From Craspedostauros australis (lineage: Eukaryota), in assembly GCA_030167865.1 (NCBI GenBank), contig JALAGF010002401.1:1-37697 (forward strand): DNA of 37,697 nt, written 5' to 3'. Positions 1 through 9,900 of the stretch are shown here, piece after piece. Numbering within the stretch: the stretch's first letter is position 1; every line of letters starts with the position of its first letter. The notes beneath the pieces were generated by a model. That model was not told the DNA's origin. It ran no database searches and saw nothing but the letters and a program-made list of their open reading frames with translations. The position numbers were made by a program, and so were the translations under genes.

Positions 1-440
1 CACCTACTGCAGGAGGAGCAAGAGCATCCAACATGCCACCTCCACCAGCACGAGGAGCAGGAGCATCCAATATGCCACCTCCTCTGCCACCACTGATCAC
101 AACTGGAGCGGCAGCAGGAGGAGGCCGAGTTTCTGGAATCACATCGCCACCACCAGCAACCACAGCAGGAGCAGCAGGAGGACAAGTTTCCGGAATCACA
201 CCGGCAACCACAGCAGGAGCAGAAGCATCCAATATGCTACCTCCTCCACCAGCACCACCAGCAGCAGCAGCAGCAGGAGGAGATCGAGTTTCTGGAAGCA
301 CACCATCACCACCACCACCAGCAACCACAGCAGGAGCAGGAGTATCCAATACGCCACCTCCACCACCACCACTGATCACAGCTGAAACAGCAGGAGGAGG
401 AGGAGGACAAGTTTCTGGAAACACACCAGCAGCAGCAGCA
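1..440 (+). repeat. Degenerate tandem repeats (gcaggagcatccaatatgccacctcc-like and gtttctggaa-like units; CCA/GCA/GGA triplet runs)
   Basis: The units recur several times between 1 and ~440, visible in both DNA and translation. Confidence 0.8.
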
Positions 441-832
441 ATCACAGAAGAGACAGAATTGGGACGAGCAGAGAAAGTCGATGGAGAAGTCACTACCATG
501 CATGAGGGCACCAATGGGATCGCTCCAAATGTACCAGGAGATACTGATGACAGCACAGAAAGCCATGGAGAAACTTCAACAGTTCCAACATCAGGATCAG
601 GTGCACAGACTAATCACAGTAGCAACAGCAGCAGTTGAAAGCCGAATCATCAGGTGAACACGAAAACGGAAGCAGCAGTAGTGGCACCCCAATCGCAGGA
701 GGTGAGGAAAGCACAACAAGCAGACAGCATCTCATACACCTCAGGAAGGAAAGGGCGATGCCACGAAAACACCATGTGGAAGACAGAGAGGACCCCAGCC
801 TGGCACAGTTGCATGGGCACTGTGGAAATTAA
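1..832 (+). pseudogene. 3' part of a Pro/Ala/Gly/Thr-rich repetitive ORF, apparently frameshifted near 635; function unknown, possibly transposon-borne
   Basis: ORF 33..638 is open to the window edge and built from degenerate repeats (GAGASNMPPPP, GQVSGITP). The same S/G/E/T-rich composition continues in another frame (635..832, KAESSGEHENGSSSSGTP). Confidence 0.4.
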
Positions 833-839
833 TAGGAAT

Positions 840-1166
840 AATACCGAACAATGTGCGAGTTTGTGGCGCACTACCAACTTTAGCAATCAATTCAGAACAA
901 ATCGAAAATCCTGTGTTTTCTTCAAAAGTCTGAAACAAGAAGAGGCATATTCTGTGCGACAACGACATTTTGGCATCCCTTGTAGCTTCCCACTGTGTCG
1001 TCTACTGTGTACATTGTTATACTTTGGGTGTAGAATAAGCTAAATGTCCAAAACAAGGCATATTGACGGATGACTTTGGCAAACTTTGTTTGGTTTACGC
1101 AAATTTAGTGAAGTTTCCATACTTCGGATAACCCTCAATTTTCCGTTCTCCCCCCCCCCCCCTGGG
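840..1166. mobile_element. Candidate right end of a DNA transposon (non-coding subterminal region ending ...C13-TGGG)
   Basis: AT-richer non-coding tract with a degenerate direct repeat (aaacaa..ggcatatt..gac..tttggca at ~933-975 and 1051-1081). It ends in a 13-C run plus TGGG, which reads CCCAGGGG... on the minus strand. The partner end is not in the window. Confidence 0.3.
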
Positions 1167-1261
1167 TAGCTCGAACAGCACACTTCCTCGACAGTCAATC
1201 CAACGCCAATCGTTCAACGTTCAACGTCAATCGTCCAGCAACCATCGACCATCCTCTCAAA

Positions 1262-2784
1262 ATGCCGAATGTTACAAACGAACAACTCCTTGATGCTGCC
1301 AAAGAAGGTGACTTGTTGGTGCTGACGAAATGGAAGAAGCAGAAGAAGAAGAAACGAGTTGATGTCAACAAGGTTACAGACGGGATTGGTTTCACTCCCC
1401 TTCATGTGGCATGCCACAATGGCCAGCTGGAGTGTGCCAAGTACCTCATCGAATCATGTGGAGCGAACATCAACTGCGAAGACAACCATGGTCAGACTCC
1501 CCTTCATTGGGCATGCATTGATGGCCACCTGGAGTGCGTGGAGTACCTCATCGAATCAGGTGGAGCGAACATCAACTGCCAAAACAACTATGGTTGGACT
1601 CCCCTTCATTGCGCATGCTACAAAGGCCAGCTGGAGTGTATCGAGTACCTTATCAAATCATGTGGGGCCGATGCCAACTGCCAAAACAACAATGGTCACA
1701 CTCCCCTTCATTGGGCATGCTACATCGGCAAGCTGGAGTGTATCGAGTCCCTCATTAGAGGACTTTCGCCTTCAGCTCACCCACAACTGCAACAACTGCA
1801 GCAACACTTACAACAAAACGAACAAGCAAATGAACAACCACAAGAACAGTCGAGACAGCAGTTGAAGCGCAAGAGGCAAGAGAATGAACACAAACACAGC
1901 AGCAACAAGAGGACCAACATCAACATTTGAGAAGATCGGCCATATCCTTCTAAACTGGGAACAGGACAGACACCGTCTTCTTGTGTGGACAGGGCAACTA
2001 ACAACAACCAATCAAGGCAAATGCAGAAGTCCTCATGATCTCCATCCCATCCATGGAGACACTGATCAGCTCTGGAATCCAACATCAGCACACGAATGAT
2101 GGCACCGAAGACGGCGCGCCCCCCATCCAAACAACCATCCCTCTTCCCAACCTTCAACCAAAACATGTCAGATACGTCCTCCAATACATCTACACAGGCG
2201 AGATATCCTTCAACAACAACACTCATGACGACAACACCAATGCTGATGACACAAACCAGCCAACTCTCACCCTCAATGGACAGGACGATCTGCAACAGCT
2301 GATCCTTGTGGCCAATGAATTCGGCTTCTGGCGACTCAAGCTTGTTCTTGAAGTGGAGTTTGCCTGCAAATATCTCACCAAGGGTACCATGATAGACGCG
2401 TTGATGTTTGCCGATCAACACAACTGCGTGGTGTTGAAGGATGCAGCGATGAGAATGGCAGCTGAAAACAAGAAAGATATGTTCACTCATCTAGATTTAA
2501 GCAAACTGATTCTACAACCCCAACTGATGACGGAGATCCAGATGTTTTGCAGTGGGAGAGCCAAGAGTGATGGTATTGATGATGAGTACAGTCGTATGTC
2601 CATGATGGAGCTGCACAAGGTCATAGATGAGGACAAGGGTACAGCACAAGTGGATTCATACATGGATTGGGCGCCATTGGTGGACTTCGTCGGCTCCGTG
2701 AGTACCAAATCATCCAAAGTGATTGAGACGGACAGCCCTGCTGAGGAGAGGAGCGAATCACAACAACAGCAGACTGAGAAGTGA
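1262..2784 (+). pseudogene. Ankyrin-repeat + BTB/POZ(-BACK-like) protein, disrupted by two frameshifts and an in-frame stop (the ankyrin part 1262..1930 is still an open ORF)
   Basis: Four GxTPLHxAC ankyrin repeats, then a Q-rich linker. The BTB N-terminus is spread over other frames: TFEKIGHILLNWEQ / TDTVFLCGQGN*QQPIKANAEVLM (TAA at 1999-2001). It continues into VLQYIYTG...LILVANEF...ALMFADQHNCVVLKDAAM (ORF 2035..2784). Confidence 0.7.
1394..1750 (+). repeat. 102-bp tandem repeat encoding ankyrin repeats
   Basis: actccccttca recurs at 1394, 1496, 1598 and 1700, an exact 102-nt period. Confidence 0.9.
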
Positions 2785-2815
2785 CCGAATGATGGAGTAG
2801 AGTTGATGTGTACAA

Positions 2816-3382
2816 TTAGTGGTCAGAGTAGTATCCATTGTGTAAGGAGGCAATCAATGATGCATGCAATGTTGCGCCTGGCATGTCTGTGATGTGTTGT
2901 TCTATGCACGATCGCATCGTGTGCAGCACAGCCTGGCTGGACCGCAAGGCGTGATCTTCCGCCAGCAGCAGGTTCGCGTAGTCCGCCGTTGCATTGCTGA
3001 TGACCATGACGCTGTGTTGTATGTGATACCGGTTGGTGTCCAGCACGTTCATGTGCGGTATCATCGGCCAGTGTGGGACAAAGACGATGGGCTGGCCACC
3101 GCTGTCATCGTCGTCATCGCCGATCATACGGTTTTCCATGATGTGGAGAGAGTTGTGTGAGAAAGGGATGCGGACTCTGCGGACTTCATGCATCGATTGT
3201 AGTACTCCACTACAACTTGACAGAGCGGGATGAACTGCTACTGTACCTTGTTGTTGCTGTAACAACCTGTCGATGATATCGCGCAAGGCGCACGCCAGCT
3301 ACCACATGGCTACCGATGCAGCCGACAAAGATGACGAAGCAGGAGAGAAGTTGCCGATGCCAAAGCAGACGATTTCCTTGAT
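2816..3382 (-). pseudogene. SRR1-like domain fragment with a premature stop
   Basis: Minus strand reads IKEIVCFGIGNFS...AMW*LACAL (TAG at 3301-3299 where Q is expected), then ...IVFVPHWPM...NVLDTN...VMVISNA..DY. This resembles the SRR1 pattern IVCxGxGxF...QLA...LFxMPHCP...N..N...IGNS..Y. Confidence 0.6.
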
Positions 3383-3420
3383 TTATGGATCCGATGAGTG
3401 TTGATGTTCCAAATCACGCT

Positions 3421-4100
3421 AGCGGCATCCTGGCACTTGTCAATTGGGTGCGCAACAGAGCAGACTGCTGCCTATCGTAGCTCTGTTGTGCTTGTGGTTG
3501 GATCGCTCATGTAGTTATGGTCCATCCCAGGGCCATCAGCACACCGCCTTTGTTCCTCCTTCTTCATGAGAGGAAACAACTTGAAAGCTTCCGAAAAGCT
3601 TCACCACAGCCACATCATGCGGATCTGAATCGGCATGAAAGTTGGAGTAACGCTCTGGATGATTTACGAAGGTCTCGTAGATGTTGTGGCGATTCATCTG
3701 AACAGCGCCGAAGGATTGCGCGCAATGAGATAGAGTTAGAACGATATCCGGTGCGATCAGCGAGCCTCTGCACACATGCTTCATGCCATCAGATAGGCTT
3801 GACATGAAGGGAAAGCTGAGCTTCGGATCCACCACTTCACCATCAATGATACTAGGCTGTGCATCGAAGTCATACAGCAGATGATGCAAGGATGTTGTGT
3901 CTGCTCATGGACAATGACCTCCGATGATGAAGGCGAAGATGCCAATGGAGCTGGTGTTGGTGTTGGAGTGCATCTCCAGAGAGAGGGCAGGAGCACAACG
4001 CATCACCTGATCGACATGGTGTAAGCATGGCGATGTACACTGCTCTACATCTCTGTCTCTGGTGTCTTCCAACCTTGCTCTTCGCTCGTATCGTCGTCAT
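3421..4100 (-). pseudogene. Trypsin-family (S1) serine protease fragment, degenerate
   Basis: IIDGEVV...PFMSSL...HVCRGSLIAPDIVLTLSHC...HP...HDVAVVKL, with catalytic His and Asp regions recognisable. The GW motif (LMALGW) is in another frame after a stop at 3536. No intact GDSGGP follows. Confidence 0.75.
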
Positions 4101-5634
4101 GGCCACCATCTCTTCCTCTCTGCTCTTCCTCCATCCATCCATCCGTCACATCACATCGCATCACATCATGTATCTGTCCTCTCCCGCCACCAACAACAAC
4201 AACGCGGGAGAAATGCCCTCAAATAGCGGCTCTCAGTTTGTCGCGATTGTTCCAACTGGGCAGTGAACAACAACGAGGACGCAAACACGCACTCAAGCTG
4301 GAACGCTCATTTTTGTTGTCACGCAGCTCCGTTAGACGATGGTGATGATGACCCTCCCAAAGGCCGGAAATGAGACCCAACGCTGGGATCACAGAGCGGA
4401 GCAGGAGACAACATGAGGAAGTGAAGCTCCACAATGGAAAATTCGAGGAACAACCCACACCTCTTCTTCAAATTACTCGTGGTCTCGCCGCATCGTTTCA
4501 CATCATGAACACAAACAGTGGGACAAGATGATGAGGCATCAACTTCCAAGAGGCATTGTGTGGGAAGGCCCCGCCGGTTGGTCTGCAACAACTCGACGAC
4601 CATGGAACTGTCCATGAGTAGTTGCTGCTGCAAAGCCTCCAGGCTGGTACTCTGATCGAAATTCCGTGGAGTCGCGACGACTGAAGTTGCTGGAAGAGTA
4701 CAGTGTCGAACTGCAGGGTCCATGCACTGCCGTGGGAAGGCACGCATGCACACGCATCGCGCACTGCAGCGACAGACTTTGAGGATCACAACAACATCAT
4801 TAACGTGGACACGAAGGAGGCGCCGTGCTGAAACAAGTGCTGGCGACGACACACGACGCCGCGTTTCACAGTATCAATTGCATCGACCAATCGAAACGAC
4901 AGGTCTGGTGCGAACTCAGCCGGCACCAACGAAACCGTCGCACAACATCACTCAACGGCCACAAGCACTGATGCCAGGCTGGAAATCCTGAGGAATGAAG
5001 AAGAGTTTGATGTGTCAAGTATGCCACGAAAGGTATTATTCTTCCGTATGATACATTATTTGGCAGAAAACCGAGATCTTACCGTGTTGGCCTCTTCCAC
5101 ACTTTTCAAATGCGTTGCTCGTGTGCGCACAGGGTGATACAATGATAGTCGTATTACCACGGGACTATCTGCCTCTCCTACCTTCTCTACCTCCTTTATT
5201 CATTAATTCATAGAGTAGAATAGATACGTGCATCTGGAATACTGTGACAGCACAATTTTTCAAGTGCATCGTCACGAACGGTTCACGTCCATTTTGGATC
5301 GGCGAAACAAGTCTACACTAAGCATGCTACATCAGCCAATCATCATCTTCTTCTTCTTCAATGGGTTATGAGAACAGTCTTACTCACGAACGAATCACGT
5401 CAGCGTCAACCGCAAAACGAAGTTGTGTTTGGAACGGGACAACCACAACACCAACAACAACAACGACGAGAACAACAACCATGGGTGTTGGCAACAACTG
5501 TATCCGCAACATCCTTGAACCTGTTGCTGAGACTTCACGACACCTACACCCACAGCGACACCCACACCCAAACCAAACAGCCAAGCAACCAAGCAACCAA
5601 GCAACCACCGCACAGCAAAGAAAGAAGATCAACC

Positions 5635-6621
5635 ATGGCGCAACGCTGGGGAGACGAATTCGATGACTCCGACGAGGAGCCAGAGATCCAGGCCAAGCCA
5701 AGCTCGCTGTCGAAGTCCGGCCTCGTGATCCCACCAACCCACAAGTCCCGAGTCGACAGCAAGGGCATCCAGATCGTCACGAGCTACCGCCAGAACCCCG
5801 CCAACTCCTCGCAGCTCATCAAGACCGTCACCAAGGTCAAGGTCCACGTCACGAAGGTGAGGGAGGCCAAGGGCGTGGACGTGCGCCGCAAGTGGAAGAA
5901 GTTCGGCCAGGCCCTCATCGATGAGCGGACCGAGAATGCGCAGGCCTCCACAATCCAGTCCAAGGACGACATCTTCCTGGAGGACCCCAACGCGGACACC
6001 GATCTGCAGGACGAGGATCCCACGAAGGCCATCGCCGGCAACCTCAACGAATTCTGGGCCAAGCAGCAGCGGCGTCAGCTCGAGCGCAAGTACGACGTCA
6101 CGGGCGGAGAAGGAGACGAAGCAGCCGGTGGCGGCGGATGGACGCAGGTCGGAGCGGGAGGTGGAACCGCAGGCGCAGGCGGTGCCGCCGGTGGCAAGTA
6201 CGTGCCGCCCAGTGCGCGCGCTGGCATCACGGGCAGCAGCTTCAAGCCGGAGCGCCGCACGGACGACCTCAACACCATCCGCGTCACCAACATCTCAGAG
6301 AGCGCCACGGAGGCTGATCTGCAGGAGCTCTTCAAACCCTTCGGACGAATTTCCCGCGTGTACCTTGCCAAGGACAAGGAGACCTTCGTCTCCAGAGGCT
6401 TTGCCTTCGTCTCCTTCGTCAACAAGGACGATGCCGCCAAGGCCATGGAGCGGCTGCAGGGTTACGGTTACGATCACTTGATCCTCAAGCTTGAATGGGC
6501 CAGACCCAACGCACCCAAGGATCCGGCAACCAGCGGCAACGAGTTCAGAAGCGGATACGGAAAGGCCCTGGCACAAGATACGAAGGAGAAGGTGTCCTAC
6601 GCATCCAACCTCACCAAGTAA
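5635..6621 (+). CDS. eIF3g: Eukaryotic translation initiation factor 3 subunit G (328 aa, single exon)
   Basis: MAQRWGDE start in aaccATGG context; RRKWKKFG, GKYVPPS and a C-terminal RRM (TIRVTNISE...SRGFAFVSF...GYGYDHLILKLEWA). The upstream ORF extension is a CA-rich leader. Confidence 0.95.
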   Translation: MAQRWGDEFDDSDEEPEIQAKPSSLSKSGLVIPPTHKSRVDSKGIQIVTSYRQNPANSSQLIKTVTKVKVHVTKVREAKGVDVRRKWKKFGQALIDERTENAQASTIQSKDDIFLEDPNADTDLQDEDPTKAIAGNLNEFWAKQQRRQLERKYDVTGGEGDEAAGGGGWTQVGAGGGTAGAGGAAGGKYVPPSARAGITGSSFKPERRTDDLNTIRVTNISESATEADLQELFKPFGRISRVYLAKDKETFVSRGFAFVSFVNKDDAAKAMERLQGYGYDHLILKLEWARPNAPKDPATSGNEFRSGYGKALAQDTKEKVSYASNLTK

Positions 6622-6685
6622 ACGCACACTCAGTTCATCTCAGATTCCACTTGGTGCTTGCACTTCGAGCCTACCTCTCTGTAGA

Positions 6686-6690
<5 letters not shown>

Positions 6691-6716
<26 letters not shown>
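6691..6716. repeat. (AG)13 microsatellite between the convergent eIF3g and GCN1 stop codons
   Basis: Seen directly. Confidence 0.95.
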
Positions 6717-6939
6717 TCTGGAACGACGACGACAACAGCAGCAGCAGCTTTCAATCAAGTCGTCCGCAACAACTATCATCTTTGTGTTGCACAAATACGA
6801 GTAGTACAAATAGCTCTGCCTTCGTCACTACTATGTTCAGGTACACACTTCTATGTTCTCGTACTTGCTGTTATGGTATTAGCTTGAACACTTCAACACA
6901 TGTGCGAGTGAAATGATGGCTACTGCAACCTCTCGCTCT

Positions 6940-9900
6940 CTAGTCGTCGAGGATGGTGACTTCCTTGATCTTGAGCAGCACCTTCGTGTACAAGCTCTTC
7001 ATCTGCTTCGTCGTGTCGAACATGGCCTTTGAGCAGTACGCATCGAGCCCGGCTTGGCCATTCTCCACGTCCAGCAACAAGTACAGAACGTCGTTGAATG
7101 CGAACTGCACGCGCTGCGATGTGTGCAGCGCGAGCTTCAAGCAGGCGTTGATCAGCTTGAGGCCGAAGAAGGAGATTCTGTCCTGGACCGTGTCCATTGA
7201 GAGCGTCAGGCACAGGGCGAGGCCCTTGGCGATGGCCTGGTGGACCTCCATCGGCTCCTGCGAATTCTCCATCACGGACATGAAGCTGGACTCGTTCTGC
7301 TTCAACGCTCCCGCAGGGTCCTTGCATTGCCCGATGGCAGCACCGAACGCAACGCACCCTGCCTCCTTCACGGATCGCTTGTCGTCCTTCATGCAGGACA
7401 GCGCAAAGTCCAGCATCTCGTCGAGCAAGGATTGGTCCAGGGTGCTGCCAACCGGAGAAGACAGAACCCTTCGTGTAGCGCAGGCCTTGCCATGCCGGCT
7501 GTCGCTGGAATCATTCGACGACTCGAGCAGCGTGTCGCGAATCGTGACGGCCGCGTTCTCTGCATCGAGAAGACCGCACGCAGCGCCCACCACCTTGGCT
7601 CCGCTCTCGCGCAAACCCTCGTCGCTGTGATCGATGAGCTCGCATCCGACGCTCAAGGCGGACGGGACGCTGTCCTTCAGCTTCACCTTCTTGCCGCCCT
7701 TCGTGAGCACGATGGACAGCGCCTCGGACGTGGCGGTTTGGACCGCAATGATGCCTGCCGTTTCCGTGGTGGCATTCGTCTTGCCCAACGCGCCTCCGAT
7801 CAGCTCCTTGATCAGCGGATCCACGCGAGCGGCCAGCGGCATCAACAAACCAAGGGCAGAGATGGCCTCTGTACGGACTTGGCGCGACGGATCGGACAGT
7901 GCCTTGACGAACGTGGTCTGGAACTGAGGCACGAAGGCACGCAGCGCTGGACCACCCTTGACGAGGATCAGCCCAAGCGTCTGCAGGATAGCAACCTTGA
8001 CCTTTGCGGGGTTTCTGTCACCGACAATACGCAGCAAGGGACCCGTCATCTTGATGATTAACGGTCCAGCCAAGAACTTTGGTGCCGTCAAGGAAATGAC
8101 CTCTCCCAATCCGCATGCGGATGCCTCTCGGATGACAGGCGAACCGTACAAGATTCCGCGCTGGTAGATGGGCAGCAGAGGCTCGAGACCTGCATTGTTT
8201 TGCATTTGGGAGGAACAGACATGCCGACAAGTGAAACACAGCAGTGGAAGCAAGGAAGCAAGGAAGCAAGAAAACACGACGAGGCGGATGCGAAGTGTGA
8301 ATGAAAGAAGCCAATGACGGGCGACAGTAAAGCCCAAACGATGCCACCATTTGGTTTCAGCAGAGTAGGCAGCCAGCATCGCAAACAGGAATAGCAAAGC
8401 ATCATGTACAACAGCAGCAAGCCACCATGAACAAAACTTACCCTTTGGCATGTTGAATCCAGGCAGCAGGAATTCGCCATCTCCGACACCACCCTTGCGT
8501 CGGCGAGCATCGGAGACCAGGCTGGCGATCAGATTCCTCATGAACTCGATGTTCTTCACCAACTCTTCAGCAGCGACGTTCTTCGACAGCGCGACGAAAG
8601 CACCATGTGCCGACTTGAGCGAAGCCGTGTCTTCGTCGTTGAACCTGTACACGAGTTCGCGGATGATGATGGGGATTTGATCGTAGAAGTCCTTCTTATC
8701 TTTGCCTGTGGTGTTGTGTTGTGTTGTGTGGTGTTGCGCAATGTTGCGTTGTTGAATAATCGTGGACATCCACGTTCGTGCAAATGCAGACATTTCCATG
8801 GAAAAAGGAGAATAGGATGAGGAGAGCAAGTAAATGCCAAAGGAGCAAAGGAAAGAGTTCGGAAGTTGCCAGAGAGAGCAATGCAGCAGTTAGTTGTCGG
8901 TCCTTGTACTCACACATTGCATCATCAACTCATTCATTCATGCATCCATTCATTCCATGATTTATGCATCCATCCATCCATCCGTACATCCATCCATCAT
9001 TTCTTCAACAGAACCTGCGCAGTGATCATTGTCATACAGAAATCTCATGTGTAAAGCAGCCCTCATGTGAAGCTCGGCTTCGAATAGGGATTAAAAAACA
9101 GAATATGTCATAATCATCCAATGATTCCAAGGCTTGTGAAGAAATGATGGTTGATGGTGACTGCAATTGCCACCGGTATGTGTGTATGTATGGTGCAAAA
9201 ATGCAATGTATGGAAAGAGCCAAACGCCAAACGAAGAATAGCAACAAGAACAACAGCAGCAGCAAGCATGAAATTCGACTTACGTGCAATGATCAATGCC
9301 TTGAACATCCAGCAACTCTCCGTGCGCATCTCCGGCTTGTCACTTGAGCACTTGTTGGCGATGTCGCCGACCAACCAGTTAATACCAGCCGCATCGGTAC
9401 TCTCCAAGATAGTGGCTACGCATTCGCGCAGAGCACCGACGCGCTCTGGTTCGGATTTTTCGTCGCTGTGGGAGAGATCGTTCATGATAGCGGGAATGAT
9501 CGAGCTGAAGTGAAAGTACAGCGAGTCGTCTGTGACAGCGGCGATGCCTCCCAACGCCTTGGCATGATTGATGGTCACTGGGACCTGGATGAGCTTTGGA
9601 ATGATGTATGGCAACAGCTCGCGGCTGCGGATGCTGAGGATACCAGTGATACCGTTGAGGGCACGAACTCGCTGCTTTTCGTCGCTCCTCTCGCTTTCCA
9701 GCGCCACCATCAGGGCAGGCACGACCTCGTCCATGGCACGGCTGCCAACCAACGAGTGGAGGCTTTGGAAGCTGGCGGCTGCCATGTCACGAACACTTTC
9801 CTCGTCATCGCACAGCGCATCTTGGACGACCTTGACCACGATGTCGATGAAGCGCAGGATTTGATCTCTCGTCGAGGACTTGAGGACCTCGGACAGACCG

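Noticed and set aside
1394-1750. Regularly spaced repeats that could suggest a CRISPR array
   Set aside because: The whole 102-bp unit is repeated and codes for ankyrin repeats; there are no unique spacers or cas genes, and the context is eukaryotic.
3085-3125. DDSGGQP in the SRR1-like ORF resembling the trypsin catalytic GDSGGP
   Set aside because: It sits in an Asp run within SRR1-like context and lacks the surrounding protease motifs; likely coincidence.
4319-4991. ORFs of 70-177 aa on both strands
   Set aside because: No recognisable domain; they lie in the decayed region and cannot be called.
5368-5634. N-terminal ORF-track extensions of eIF3g (and likewise of the SDR, HAS1, hydrolase and GCN1 ORFs)
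   Set aside because: They translate CA-rich leaders or introns; better ATGs lie where recognisable homology or signal peptides begin.
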